A stretch of 64,000 nucleotides of DNA, taken from assembly GCA_963815095.1 (NCBI GenBank), contig CAWFFH010000003.1, positions 416,001-480,000 on the forward strand, written 5' to 3'. The notes below the pieces were generated by a model, which worked only from the letters and a program-made list of their open reading frames with translations, was not told the DNA's origin and searched no databases. A program made the position numbers and the translations under genes. This DNA is from Candidatus Bathyarchaeota archaeon (lineage in GTDB: Archaea; Thermoproteota; Bathyarchaeia; Bathyarchaeales; Bathycorpusculaceae). Positions 1-10,951 of the stretch are shown here, in pieces (positions within the stretch are counted from its first letter, which is position 1; each line of letters begins with the position of its first letter).

Positions 1-564
1 AACTCGAACGTAGTTGGGCGGCAACTTCATACTGCCAGTCAACAATGATATGGCCTCGTCGTGCCCAAAGAGCTTCAAACAGTAATCGACAAACCATGTT
101 GGATGGTAAGTTTGGAGGCTGATTTTTTCTGCGTCACTTGCCGATTCGATTATTGGCTCAATTTTTTTGGTAAGCAAAAAGCCCAAAACGGGTTCGATTT
201 CGCGCATGGTTTGCCAGCCCAATATAGCTCTGCCCATGCTTGCGATGCTTTCGGCTTCTTTTAGGTTCATTTTTTCCCAGTTTTTTACAACGCGAGTCTG
301 GTAAACGTACAAGCGAAGGAAAGCTTGGATTCCCATGGTATATTCGCCTATTTTTTTAGGCTCGACCACAACATTTACGAATTTATCAATGAGATTTTTT
401 CGCCGTTCAGTCTCAACCACTAAACCATATGCAAAACGTATTGCACTTGGATCTTTTACGCCAAGCTGTTTTACTGTTTTCATCAATGCTGAACGCTCGT
501 TGAGTCGGCGCATTTCTATCCAACTAAGAGTCTCTATAGCAACAGTCCAAGCGTCCCGCAACAA
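1..564 (-). CDS. RsmB/NOL1/NOP2/Sun-family RNA m5C methyltransferase, N-terminal part (runs off window)
   Basis: Manual translation from TTG at 564: LLRDAWTVAIETLSWIE...RFAYGLVVETERRKNLID...LRLYVYQ...YHPTWFVDYCLKLFG...PPNYVRV, resembling the NusB-like N-terminus and HPxW...xRVN segment of RsmB/Fmu. Not in the ORF track because it is open at the edge. Confidence 0.7.
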   Translation of the reverse strand, partial: MLRDAWTVAIETLSWIEMRRLNERSALMKTVKQLGVKDPSAIRFAYGLVVETERRKNLIDKFVNVVVEPKKIGEYTMGIQAFLRLYVYQTRVVKNWEKMNLKEAESIASMGRAILGWQTMREIEPVLGFLLTKKIEPIIESASDAEKISLQTYHPTWFVDYCLKLFGHDEAISLLTGSMKLPPNYVRV

Positions 565-898
565 ATCAGTTCACAGCTATGAAAAACACAGGCATCCTAA
601 TAAGAATTCAAAAAAGAACGCAATGTTATTGCATGTTAACAGCGTATATCAAGAATAATTCGATCCTTTGATTGAGACAGCTCTAAAAAATCAGTCCAAG
701 TAAAAAAAGTAGACCGCCACCTATACATTATGCATAAAGTCCAAATCAGCTAAACAGACCCTATTACAATCCTAAGGAATGATTTTTTGAGGTTTTTGGC
801 TGTAAATTATGGTACTTTATACATTGGATAATTTGGGGTTTTTTAGTCACTAAGGTTTTTAGTCTCTATGTTCCTTATAGGAGCTAAGGTTAACTGGG

Positions 899-3619
899 AT
901 GGCGCGTACTCTCTTAGATTTCTGGATAAGCGAACAACCTAAACCTGCCGTTAAAGTGGAGGTTAAGGCGCAAGCGCCAGCTGAACCTATCAAAGTTAAG
1001 GAACTGGCAGTGGTTAAACACAAGAAACGCGGCCAGCGACAACCTTATCCACCAGTTTGCCCCGAAAACCTATCTCCCTCCTATTTTGTCTCAGCATCTT
1101 ATGATGGACGCCAAAAGAAGGCGATAATCAAACTCTACGAGCCGGAATCGGGTCAAATTTATTTTTGGTATGACAACACGGGTCACAAACCATATTGTTT
1201 AACCAATCTTACACCTTACGAACTAAACAAAATCGAAGGCTTAACTCATCATGAAGGCTTTGACAGTCTTGAAGTCACTGAAAGATACGACCCCCTCAAG
1301 AACCAGACGGTTAAAGTTACAAAAATAATTGCTAAGGACCCCTTGGCAATCGGCGGCAGACCGCAGGGAACAATCCGAGATATCGTTCCAGAAAATTACC
1401 CTCGAGTCTGCGATACCTACATCGAACCATCAGATATCAAGATTTGGGAATCCAAAATCAAGTACTACCAATCATACATCTACGATAAGCAACTGCAGCC
1501 CGGCATGATTTACGAAGTGAAAGACGGCAATTTAGTGCCCAAGGTGCTTGAGGAAGCAACTGAGAACCTCAACAAAATCAGAAGCCTGTTCAAGGAATGC
1601 ACTGAGGAGGAACGCGAGTATGCGGAGATGTGGGCTAAACTTCTCGAGTATCCTGCGCCCAAGTTCCGCCGGGCAGCCATTGATATCGAAGTTCTGTCGC
1701 CTCTATCGACGAGAATGCCCGATGCGCGTGAAGGCGCCTGCCCAGTGATTGCCTGCTCAGTTTACAGTTCAGACGGTGAAAAAAGAGTACTTGTTCTCAG
1801 ACGCGAGGGCATGCGTGAGGGTAACGTACACTTAGCATCTGACATTGAAGTCGAGTATTGCGAAACCGAAGAAGAACTTCTTCGCAAAGTGTTCGATGTC
1901 TTGTGCGATTACCCCTTCATTTTAACTTTTAACGGCGACGACTTTGACCTCCGATACTTAGCTCACAGAGCCGCAAATCTGGGCTTCAGTAAACACGATA
2001 TTCCTGTGGAAATCGGCAAACGGACATGCAGCCTTAGATACGGAATCCACATCGATCTCTACAAGTTCTTCTTCAACCGCAGCATCCAAATCTATGCCTA
2101 CGGTGGACGTTACAAAGATGTAAGTCTTGGAGACGTAGGCAACGCGCTTTTAGGCGTAGAAAAAATTCATTTAGAAAAAACGTTCGGCGATCTCAATTAT
2201 AGTGAACTGGCAGCTTATTGTATGCGCGACTCAGAAATCACGTATAGACTGACGAGTTTTGAAGACGACAGCGCCATGAAACTCATCCTGGTGCTCTCTA
2301 GAATCAGTAGTATGCCTATGGAGGATGTGAGCCGCCAGGGAGTCAGCCGCTGGATACGCAACTTTATGCATCGTGAACACCGCAAACGCGGCATGCTTAT
2401 TCCCAATGGCGAAGACATCTTAACCAAGAAGGGCAAAACCACCTCTACCGCCGTGATTAAGGGCAAAAAGTACAAGGGCGCAATAGTTGTGGAGCCCACA
2501 CCCGGCATTCATTTTAACGTGGCAGTTATGGACTTTCCGAGCCTGTACCCTTCAATCATTAAAGTCTGGAATCTAGGTTACCAGTCCATTTGCTGCGAAC
2601 ATCCCGGCTGCAGAAGCCATATGATTCCTGACACTCCCCATTGGTCCTGCACTGAGAAACGCGCATTAGAAAGTCTGCTGATAGGTTCGCTACGGGATCT
2701 GCGTGTGCGCTGGTACAAGAGCCGCGCTAAAGACAAATCGCTGCCGCCTGAACTGCGAAGTTGGTACAACATCACGCAGGGAGCGCTGAAAGTCATTTTG
2801 AACGCGAGCTACGGCGTTTTCGGCGCAGACAGCTTTGACCTCTACTGTCCGCCAGTCGCTGAAGCCACAGCCGCCATTGGACGCTATAGCATCACCCAAA
2901 TCCTCAATCACGCCAAAACCGTGGGCATTCAAGTACTCTACGGAGACACTGACAGTTTATTCCTCAAAAATCCCACCAAAGAACAAATTGAAGACGTCGT
3001 CCACTACACCGAACATGAACTGGGCATGGGTATTGACGTCGACAAAACATATCGTTATGCGGTTTTTAGTTCTCGAAAGAAAAACTACCTAGGCGTCCTC
3101 GAAGACGGCACAGTTGACGTTAAAGGGTTAACAGGCAAGAAAAAACACATACCGAACTTCATCAAAGGCGCCTTCAACATGATGAAAGACAGGCTGGCAA
3201 AAGTGAAGAACCCTGAAGACTTCGAGAAAGCCAGAAAAGACATAGCTAACATAGTACGCGAACGCTACAACATCCTTAAACGACGCGAATGGGGCGACAT
3301 GAGCGAACTCGCCTTCCACGTAGTTTTAGGCGACGAAGTTGCAAGCTACACTAAAACGACGCCCCAGCATGTGAAAGCCGCTAAAATTCTGCAAGCAAGC
3401 GGCAAGGAACTACGTGCAGGCGATCTGATAAGCTTCGTTAAAGTCAACAGCAACAAAGACCACGTAAAACCTGTCGAGCTGGCATCAAGAAACGAAGTAG
3501 ACGTTGACAAGTACATAGCGTATTTGCAAGCCACTTTTGATCAGGTTTTAGATGCTTTGGGCTTAAATTTCGAGGAGATTATCGGGTTAACTAGGCTTGA
3601 AAGTTTCCTTGGAGCTTAA
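899..3619 (+). CDS. polB: Family B DNA polymerase (PolB1-like)
   Basis: Exonuclease motifs DIE and FNGDDFD; polymerase motifs DFPSLYPSII, KVILNASYG, YGDTDS, KKNY; 906 aa; no intein visible. Confidence 0.96.
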   Translation: MARTLLDFWISEQPKPAVKVEVKAQAPAEPIKVKELAVVKHKKRGQRQPYPPVCPENLSPSYFVSASYDGRQKKAIIKLYEPESGQIYFWYDNTGHKPYCLTNLTPYELNKIEGLTHHEGFDSLEVTERYDPLKNQTVKVTKIIAKDPLAIGGRPQGTIRDIVPENYPRVCDTYIEPSDIKIWESKIKYYQSYIYDKQLQPGMIYEVKDGNLVPKVLEEATENLNKIRSLFKECTEEEREYAEMWAKLLEYPAPKFRRAAIDIEVLSPLSTRMPDAREGACPVIACSVYSSDGEKRVLVLRREGMREGNVHLASDIEVEYCETEEELLRKVFDVLCDYPFILTFNGDDFDLRYLAHRAANLGFSKHDIPVEIGKRTCSLRYGIHIDLYKFFFNRSIQIYAYGGRYKDVSLGDVGNALLGVEKIHLEKTFGDLNYSELAAYCMRDSEITYRLTSFEDDSAMKLILVLSRISSMPMEDVSRQGVSRWIRNFMHREHRKRGMLIPNGEDILTKKGKTTSTAVIKGKKYKGAIVVEPTPGIHFNVAVMDFPSLYPSIIKVWNLGYQSICCEHPGCRSHMIPDTPHWSCTEKRALESLLIGSLRDLRVRWYKSRAKDKSLPPELRSWYNITQGALKVILNASYGVFGADSFDLYCPPVAEATAAIGRYSITQILNHAKTVGIQVLYGDTDSLFLKNPTKEQIEDVVHYTEHELGMGIDVDKTYRYAVFSSRKKNYLGVLEDGTVDVKGLTGKKKHIPNFIKGAFNMMKDRLAKVKNPEDFEKARKDIANIVRERYNILKRREWGDMSELAFHVVLGDEVASYTKTTPQHVKAAKILQASGKELRAGDLISFVKVNSNKDHVKPVELASRNEVDVDKYIAYLQATFDQVLDALGLNFEEIIGLTRLESFLGA

Positions 3620-3623
3620 AAGG

Positions 3624-4514
3624 TCATAAAAGGTTAATTATTGCTCCGAGCAATGTGAAGAGAGCAACTATAATCGCGATTATCATAACTATTTTGCGTT
3701 CAGTTAACGGACGATGATAACATATTATTGTAACCAAACTTTTTCGAGCATCAGAGCTGAGTTTTGTGCCGTCGAATTTGACTCCAGCCCGTTTGTGAGT
3801 GAAGAATACAGCAAGCAGGATGATTGATGAATTAAAGATGAAGGGCAAAATGGAAATTAACAAGTCAACTTTTAAGTCCGAAATTACTGCGAACGATGCT
3901 ACGGTTATTCCAATGGCAAATGAACCTGCGTTGCCAACGAAAATCTTACCTCGCACGTTAAAGTACGCTAAAATTAACCAAAAGAATAACGGTCCAACCA
4001 TAAGGATATATGAGGAGGAAAACGATATCAATCCCAAAATGACTATGGCTGGGCAAATGGTTTCTAATCCGTTTAAGCCACCAAGTTGGTTAACGGTGTT
4101 TGTTACTATCATAACAATAAAGGGGACAATAAGGAAGACGTAGTATGCACCAAAATGCAAGGATCCTAAAAAGGGAATGAAAATGGAAGTTCTTATGGCA
4201 CCAATCTGTAGACCTTCAAATACATAATACATAAGTGGAAGAGCTGCGATCAAAGGCATGAACGCTTTATAGCGCCACTTTAAATCCATAAAATCGTCAA
4301 GAAGGCCCATAAACCCGCCGAATAGCACACATACAGCCAATGTTAAAGCTGCAGAGACACCATTCACTGAAGTATCCATGCCTAAAGTAAAGATTCTGTT
4401 TAAGAAATAAATCGAGAAAAGATAAATTGTAGTGGTTAGGACAAAAAGAACACCTAAACCATTGGGAATTAAAGGCCGACCAACTTTATGCTGGTCGGGA
4501 ACCTTTGGAAACAC
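3624..4514 (-). CDS. UDP-GlcNAc:dolichol-phosphate GlcNAc-1-phosphotransferase (MraY/GPT family, AglH-like)
   Basis: Polytopic membrane protein with GLLDD, NTVNQLGGLNGLE and IFVGNAGS motifs; directly downstream of aglB. Confidence 0.85.
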   Translation of the reverse strand: MFPKVPDQHKVGRPLIPNGLGVLFVLTTTIYLFSIYFLNRIFTLGMDTSVNGVSAALTLAVCVLFGGFMGLLDDFMDLKWRYKAFMPLIAALPLMYYVFEGLQIGAIRTSIFIPFLGSLHFGAYYVFLIVPFIVMIVTNTVNQLGGLNGLETICPAIVILGLISFSSSYILMVGPLFFWLILAYFNVRGKIFVGNAGSFAIGITVASFAVISDLKVDLLISILPFIFNSSIILLAVFFTHKRAGVKFDGTKLSSDARKSLVTIICYHRPLTERKIVMIIAIIVALFTLLGAIINLL

Positions 4515-4530
4515 TGCTTCTCTGCCTACC

Positions 4531-6816
4531 CTAAGACGAAGGTGGAGTTATACCGTGTGCTGCATCGTATGCTGCCCAGTCAATTGAGTAGATTGCAACT
4601 AGCGGAACCAAGCCACCATATTGGCCTGGAGAAGCATCTATTCCAGCGATTTCTGCTACCTGGAAGTAGGTCGGCACTGTCGTTGTTTGATCCGGTGACA
4701 CAGTTATTTGTCCTCCAGCAGATACAGCTTCGCAATATTGGACTTCTGCATAGTTCATAAGTTCAAATACTGTGCAGTTTAAGCCTTGGTCGTTCCATTG
4801 CCACCTTCCCGTTGTTGGATCACTGGAGCCGAAAGTGGTTTCGTCTGTCCATGCGGTTGCATTGTTCATGAAACCTTCACTTATCAATCTATCCTTAGCT
4901 TGTCCAGAGATTCTTGCCATCCAAACCCATTTGCCTTCATCGCCGTATCCAGCTGGGCCTGCAGTATAACTTCCGGTGCTTGATTGAGAGATTTGAAGAA
5001 CTGTGAAGACCGCGATATATTGTGTACGTGACTGGCCATAGCTGCTGAGCATTGCCATCGATTGGTTCTCATTACCCATGAATATGAATCCATCGTTCTC
5101 TATTTGAGTGGCGTTTTGTGTAGTGTTATCCGCTATACTGGTAACGTTTCCAAGGTCACTTAACCAGTTTCCATAGTCCCACCACATGACAACAGCAGTA
5201 TCCGAGGAAATGTGACTCTGCATATAATGTATCGCGTCAAGCCAAGCGCTTACTGGCTGGGCAAGACTTGCTCCACCTACTGGAAGGCTGGAAGCTTGAA
5301 TTGCAGTTGGTACGTAAGCTTGGTTGATAGCTCGGGGCATTCCGCCTGTTTGTGGTGAAAAGGCCAAGGTTGATGCTAGCATCATAAAGATTATGAAGAC
5401 TGCGACACCGCTGTATTCTTTACTTACACGTGGCATTCTACGTTTTGATTTGGCAAGATTTTTTGGCACTTCCTGAAGTAGAGTGAAGAATGGTTTTAGC
5501 ACGCTGATTAGCCCTATACCCGCTATTATGGCAAACGCAGGTGCAAAGAGGACAAGCAGCCGAATCATGGAAGATGCAAAGTAGAGTCCGGTTGCCGCGA
5601 ATAGTAGCAAGAAGATATTTCGGTTAGTAGGATTCCTCAGAACGAAATATAGACCTACTATGAAGAATAGAATAGCTACACCGAATTCTATGTAGAGGTT
5701 TCCCCATCCAGAGATTCTCTGTTCTGCGACTGAATCGACAAGAGGCGAAGCAGCCCGAATAAATGGGTCTAAAACTGTTACGAATTTACCTGTTATTCCG
5801 CCAAGTTTGTCGGTTAATGCTAGACCAGCAAAACCGCCAATGATTACTACCATTGACCCAATTGCCAATGACAGTTTGGTTTTCATGGATATGTTGTTTC
5901 GCAGAATCTCCGCAACTATTAGCACGATAAAGACTGCTGCTACGGGGAGGATTGCACCTGAAATTAGGTAGCTGAGCGATATGTAGGGAACTTTTGTTCC
6001 TACAAACAATGCTAAGCCGAAAGTTATGCTGTAGTTAACGAGCATTCTTGGAGTGTATCTCTTTAGTAGAACCAAAACAAAGACAAACAGAACTGACAGA
6101 GCAATCAGATAGTATGCTGCGCCCCATCCTGAGATGAAATAAGCCAAAGCGCCACCCGCACCTAGCGAGTACAATAATGAGGCGCGCATGGACCTGTGGC
6201 TATCCAAGGACCTCAGGAACAGGAATATGAACAGAACTAATCCGAGTACACCAGGTACTTCGGTATCAAAGAAGCCCAGAGAGCTTCTCTGTAAAAATGA
6301 AGGAGCCAACGCAAGGAATAACGCTGCAAAGAGACCTACTGCTTTTCCACCCATGTCTTTACCTACAAAGTAGAGAATTAGAACTGACACCACTGCTACA
6401 AGAGCTGGGAATATTGCGGTGTAGGTCATTAGATCTATGTTTGCGCCGAAGAATGTTACAACTTGAAATGTTGCTGCAGCTAGCATGGGTAAGCCTGGCA
6501 GTGAAGTCGACATGTCTAATCCAGCTGGATACCATTTCTGCATGTTAATCCAAGCGGTTGGCCAGTAGGGTGAAAGTAAACCGTTAGACACCATATGCTG
6601 TGTTATGCTGAACTGATAGTAGGGATCAAACTCATTTAAGAGAGAAGTTCCACTTGAGAGGCTTTCCCAACGTAGTGGGAGAACACGGATAGTAAATGTG
6701 ATAAAGAGAATTACAATTAACGCTGCAAAAGCAATGATTGTACCATGGCTTACCTGAATTTTTAGCCTGCTAAAGATAGATAAATTACCAAGTCGTTCTC
6801 TAATTCCTTCGCCCAC
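4531..6816 (-). CDS. aglB: Oligosaccharyltransferase AglB (STT3 family)
   Basis: EFDPYY, GFFDTE, SVAEQ and WWDYG motifs, DNTT after WWDYG, many TM helices. Confidence 0.95.
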   Translation of the reverse strand: MGEGIRERLGNLSIFSRLKIQVSHGTIIAFAALIVILFITFTIRVLPLRWESLSSGTSLLNEFDPYYQFSITQHMVSNGLLSPYWPTAWINMQKWYPAGLDMSTSLPGLPMLAAATFQVVTFFGANIDLMTYTAIFPALVAVVSVLILYFVGKDMGGKAVGLFAALFLALAPSFLQRSSLGFFDTEVPGVLGLVLFIFLFLRSLDSHRSMRASLLYSLGAGGALAYFISGWGAAYYLIALSVLFVFVLVLLKRYTPRMLVNYSITFGLALFVGTKVPYISLSYLISGAILPVAAVFIVLIVAEILRNNISMKTKLSLAIGSMVVIIGGFAGLALTDKLGGITGKFVTVLDPFIRAASPLVDSVAEQRISGWGNLYIEFGVAILFFIVGLYFVLRNPTNRNIFLLLFAATGLYFASSMIRLLVLFAPAFAIIAGIGLISVLKPFFTLLQEVPKNLAKSKRRMPRVSKEYSGVAVFIIFMMLASTLAFSPQTGGMPRAINQAYVPTAIQASSLPVGGASLAQPVSAWLDAIHYMQSHISSDTAVVMWWDYGNWLSDLGNVTSIADNTTQNATQIENDGFIFMGNENQSMAMLSSYGQSRTQYIAVFTVLQISQSSTGSYTAGPAGYGDEGKWVWMARISGQAKDRLISEGFMNNATAWTDETTFGSSDPTTGRWQWNDQGLNCTVFELMNYAEVQYCEAVSAGGQITVSPDQTTTVPTYFQVAEIAGIDASPGQYGGLVPLVAIYSIDWAAYDAAHGITPPSS

Positions 6817-7016
6817 TTTAAGCCATCTCTTCCGAATGTATATTGCGATTGTACTATTTTACACATTGGCGATTTATTTATGGCTTTCCAAAAGCTAGAT
6901 AAATGGCTTCAAGCGGATTTGAGTAATTAGTTACATGGCCATAACTTAAAAGTCAACACCTATCAACTATTTGCAACCAAAACCCTACAAGAGGATCAAC
7001 AATAGGCGATCTATTC

Positions 7017-7187
7017 TCAGCGTTTGCTTAAGGGTTTAACTTCCACATCCATAGGCATCAAAGATAGTTTTCTGCTGCATTTTGGACATTTTCCACCGTG
7101 TTGAGCTATAATTTCGTCTGGCGGTTTAAGGTCTTTGCCTTCATACAAAACATGCTTGCAATCATGGCAAATAACGCGTTGCGGCAT
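7017..7187 (-). CDS. Small Zn-ribbon protein (56 aa), not in ORF track
   Basis: Manual translation MPQRVICHDCKHVLYEGKDLKPPDEIIAQHGGKCPKCSRKLSLMPMDVEVKPLSKR*; two CxxC pairs; GAGGT Shine-Dalgarno upstream of the ATG. Confidence 0.8.
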   Translation of the reverse strand: MPQRVICHDCKHVLYEGKDLKPPDEIIAQHGGKCPKCSRKLSLMPMDVEVKPLSKR

Positions 7188-7326
7188 CCCAAATACCTCA
7201 ATATTAGCATGGATAGGGCGTATTTATTAGTTGCTAAAAATTCTAGGAGCCAACTTTCCTTATGCCCTCACTGTAAAGCTTTTAATTTCAAATACATTGG
7301 AATGTTAGATTGTGGTTTAACAGAGT

Positions 7327-9405
7327 TTGGAAAAATACACTTTAGTCATTACAGAAAAGCCTGATGCCGCAAACCGGATAGCCGAGGCGTTGGATGTTGA
7401 TGGAAAACCGAAAAAAGCATTCTGCAACGGCGTTCCATATTATCAAGCGTATCGAGATGGCAATATTGTCGTCGTTCCAGCGTTGGGACACTTATACACT
7501 ATCAAAAGCAAACAGAAAGGGCGAGGCTACCCGATTTTTGATTATCAGTGGGTTCCAAGATACCAAGCTGAGCGAAAAGCTTCAAGGATTCGGGTTTGGT
7601 TAAAAATCATTGCTCAACTAGCTAAAGACGCCGAGTGGTTTGTGGATGCTTGCGACTTTGATATTGAAGGCAGCATCATAGGCTACACCATCCTAAAGTA
7701 CGCATGCGGCAGCAAAGAAGCCGCAGCCAAACGAATGAAATACTCCACTCTAACAAAAGAAGAACTCCAAGAATCCTACGCTCACCTACAATCAAATTTA
7801 GATTTTGCTCTCGTTGAGGCAGGATTAACTCGTCACGAAGTAGACTGGTTATATGGCATTAACCTGTCGCGTGCCTTAACGCAAGCTGCCCAAAACAGTA
7901 GCGGGCAATACGCAACGCTCAGCACAGGCAGAGTTCAGGGACCAACGTTGGGATTTCTTGAATCCCGCGAAAAAACCATAAACAGCTTCATTCCAACACC
8001 TTACTGGAGATTAATTGCAAAAGTAATCGTAAACGACATCCTTCTCGAATTTGAATATGAGAAAACACTCGAAAACAAGGCACAAGCGACGGCAATTAAA
8101 GATTCTTGCAAAGCCAAGGAAGGTCAAATAGAAACGGTAGAAACAAAAGAATTTTTGCAGAACCCACCCGTACCTTTTGAACTTGGAGCGGTACAAGGTG
8201 AAGCTTACCGATTATTCAAGTACAACCCCATGCGCACCTCAAGCATTCTCCAACATCTGTATTTGGATGCTTTGATTTCTTATCCCCGAACTAGCAGCCA
8301 AAAGCTTCCGCCCACAATCGGTTACAAAAACATACTCAAAAAACTGGGAAAAGCGTCTGCATACGCTAAACAGGCAACTGAACTACTCTCAAAATCTGCA
8401 TTGAAGCCTAACGAGGGGAAAAAATTTGATGCTGCTCACCCAGCAATTTATCCCACTGGAAACTTACCTCAAAAACCCCTCGAAACCGCTGAAAAAAACA
8501 TCTTTGATTTGGTTGTTAAACGGTTTTTAGCTGTTTTTGGCGAACCTGCAATTCGTCAAAGCATAAACGTCACCTTAGGCATCAATGGCAACCTTTTCCA
8601 TTTGAATGCCGCTCGAACGTTGATGGAGGGGTGGCTTCGATTCTACACTCCATACGTTCAGTTGAAGGATTCTGTTCTGCCGCCTCTAACTGAAGGACAA
8701 AAAGTCACTGTTAAACAAGTAAGCATAAGTGAGCAATTTACTAAGCCTCCCCCACGATACAACCCAAGCACGTTACTTTTGAAAATGGAGAAAGAAGAAA
8801 TCGGAACCAAAGCAACAAGAGCAGCCATCATCCAAACCCTCATCGACCGCAAATACCTAAGCGGCACAGCCAGCCTAACCATCAGCGAATTAGGCACAGA
8901 AGTCATCGAAGTCCTCTCAAAATATTGCCCAACTGTTGTCTCTCCGGAACTAACCCGAAAACTTGAGGAAGAAATGAACCAAATCCAGCAGGGCAACCAG
9001 ACAAAACAAAACGTTCTGCAAAACGCCATTGAAACCCTAAAACTAGTCACATCGGAGCTTAAGGAAAAAGAAGCGGTCATAGGTGCCCAATTAAGCCAGC
9101 CACTACAAAAATCGAGGCTTGACGAAAGAACTGTTGGATCATGCCCAAAATGCAGCGATGGAAAATTAGTGATTTTGCACTCCAAAAAAACTGGCAAACG
9201 CTTTGTCGGCTGCACAAACTATTTCAAAGAAACAAAATGCGATAATACTTTTCCTCTTCCTCAAACTGGCACTGTTAAACCGTTGAGCAGTGCCTGCGTT
9301 AGCTGTGGCTCACCTATAGTAGCTGTGTATCTAAGGGGAAGGCACCTTTGGAAGCTATGCCTCAATCCAAATTGCCCATCAAAAAAACCAAAAAGTGAAA
9401 AGTAA
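7327..9405 (+). CDS. topA: Type IA DNA topoisomerase
   Basis: TOPRIM ITEKP, DACDFDIEG, STGRVQGP, catalytic SYPRT, IGTKATR, C-terminal Cys4 Zn-ribbons. Confidence 0.95.
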   Translation: MEKYTLVITEKPDAANRIAEALDVDGKPKKAFCNGVPYYQAYRDGNIVVVPALGHLYTIKSKQKGRGYPIFDYQWVPRYQAERKASRIRVWLKIIAQLAKDAEWFVDACDFDIEGSIIGYTILKYACGSKEAAAKRMKYSTLTKEELQESYAHLQSNLDFALVEAGLTRHEVDWLYGINLSRALTQAAQNSSGQYATLSTGRVQGPTLGFLESREKTINSFIPTPYWRLIAKVIVNDILLEFEYEKTLENKAQATAIKDSCKAKEGQIETVETKEFLQNPPVPFELGAVQGEAYRLFKYNPMRTSSILQHLYLDALISYPRTSSQKLPPTIGYKNILKKLGKASAYAKQATELLSKSALKPNEGKKFDAAHPAIYPTGNLPQKPLETAEKNIFDLVVKRFLAVFGEPAIRQSINVTLGINGNLFHLNAARTLMEGWLRFYTPYVQLKDSVLPPLTEGQKVTVKQVSISEQFTKPPPRYNPSTLLLKMEKEEIGTKATRAAIIQTLIDRKYLSGTASLTISELGTEVIEVLSKYCPTVVSPELTRKLEEEMNQIQQGNQTKQNVLQNAIETLKLVTSELKEKEAVIGAQLSQPLQKSRLDERTVGSCPKCSDGKLVILHSKKTGKRFVGCTNYFKETKCDNTFPLPQTGTVKPLSSACVSCGSPIVAVYLRGRHLWKLCLNPNCPSKKPKSEK

Positions 9406-9523
9406 ATTCTAAATTTTTTGAGAGGAGCAAATTTTTGTTTTACAGAATAATTGGTCTTCTCAGAGAAATATTTAACACACTCACGGTTCCAATTAACTAC
9501 CAAGCCCGCTTGGAGTTACCTGC

Positions 9524-10951
9524 ATGAGCATCCTTAGCCACGACACATTCTGGAATGCAGTCATCTCCCTGCCGATGACAAAAAAGATGCTTCGAATGTC
9601 GCTAAAAAAATGCAGTAAATGCGGCAGAACCGTATTGGAAGCCGCACTTGATGATTACGCAGGTAAAACCAACCTCAAATGCGACAAATGTAGCGGTTTG
9701 TACTCGCAAGTTATTGGTTTTTGGGTTGAATTTCTAAGAAGAACTCTTAACATTAAACGGGAAAAAGTTGAAAAACTCCTCGTCGACCCCTACGCGAGAA
9801 AAGCAGTCATAAACCTGACAAAATCATTCGCTTATATTGGCATAAAAAAACCCATCTCGATCTATGCACCTTTCCTTGTGGTTTGGGATTTCACTCACCA
9901 ATGCAATCTACAATGCAAACATTGCTACTCTAACAGCGGCAAAGCCCAAGAAGGAGAATTGACCACCGAACAAGCTTTGGAGGTTGTGGATCAGATTGCA
10001 GACGCCGGTGTTATAGCCTTAGCATTTTCAGGCGGAGAACCCTTAACCCGAAAAGACTTCTTTGAAGTAGCACGTCACGCCGCCGACCGTGGACTCTACG
10101 TGTCAGTCGCTTCAAATGGAACCTTACTTACGAAAGAAAACGTGCAAAAGCTAAAGCAAGCCAAAGTTAATTACCTCGACGTTAGCATCGATGGCGCTAC
10201 CGCCAAAACCCATGACGATTTCAGAGGTGTCCCCGGCACATTTGATAAAGCAGTTGCGGGCCTGAAAAACTGCGTAGAAGCAGACTTATGTGTCTGCATC
10301 GCAACGACAGTGGGCAAAAATAACATGACAGAATTACCTGCCATCATAGATTTAGCTGAAGAAATACACGCGGAAAGATTTACTTACTTCAACTTTATCC
10401 CAACAGGACGAGGCAAAGCTCATTTTGATCAAGACCTCTCACCTCAAGAACGAGAAAACGTCATGCACTACTTGCTAAATCGTATGTCATCAGGGTGCAA
10501 AACCACCATACTTACCACTGCACCCCAGCTAGCGCGAGTGGCATTGCAGTGTCAGGGTCCAGCTGGAACAGGCGACGTAACCATGTCCATGGCACACATG
10601 CAAACCGTCAGGATAACCAAAAAAGCCGTCCCTCTTGCCGATTTTATCGGGGGATGTGGTGCTGGAAGATTATATTGTTCACTCTCTCCGCAAGGCGACG
10701 TTCACCCATGCGTCTTCCTGCCTGTGAATGTTGGCAACTTGAAAACCGAAAAGTTCCAAGATATCTGGCTAAATGCCCCACTCTTCAAAGCTTTCCGCAA
10801 CAGAGCAAACCTCAAAGGCTCATGTGGAAAATGCGATTACAAATTCATTTGTGGCGGCTGCAGGGCACGCTCAGCAGCGTATCATAACGGTGACATGTTG
10901 AATGGTGACCCAGGCTGCCTTCAAGGAGTGAAAGGTGCAAAAAATGTCTAA
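9524..10951 (+). CDS. Radical SAM/SPASM protein (AhbD/NirJ/PqqE-like) with extra N-terminal Cys4 region
   Basis: CNLQCKHC, FSGGEP, SIDG; SPASM cysteines CGAG...PC...CGKCDYKFICGGCR...DPGC; N-terminal CSKC...CDKC. Confidence 0.9.
   Translation: MSILSHDTFWNAVISLPMTKKMLRMSLKKCSKCGRTVLEAALDDYAGKTNLKCDKCSGLYSQVIGFWVEFLRRTLNIKREKVEKLLVDPYARKAVINLTKSFAYIGIKKPISIYAPFLVVWDFTHQCNLQCKHCYSNSGKAQEGELTTEQALEVVDQIADAGVIALAFSGGEPLTRKDFFEVARHAADRGLYVSVASNGTLLTKENVQKLKQAKVNYLDVSIDGATAKTHDDFRGVPGTFDKAVAGLKNCVEADLCVCIATTVGKNNMTELPAIIDLAEEIHAERFTYFNFIPTGRGKAHFDQDLSPQERENVMHYLLNRMSSGCKTTILTTAPQLARVALQCQGPAGTGDVTMSMAHMQTVRITKKAVPLADFIGGCGAGRLYCSLSPQGDVHPCVFLPVNVGNLKTEKFQDIWLNAPLFKAFRNRANLKGSCGKCDYKFICGGCRARSAAYHNGDMLNGDPGCLQGVKGAKNV

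Noticed and set aside
7098-7364. 88-aa plus-strand ORF before topA
   Set aside because: Overlaps both the better-supported minus-strand Zn-ribbon gene and the topA start; no motif
899-9405. Inteins in PolB or TopA
   Set aside because: Lengths are normal and catalytic motifs are uninterrupted
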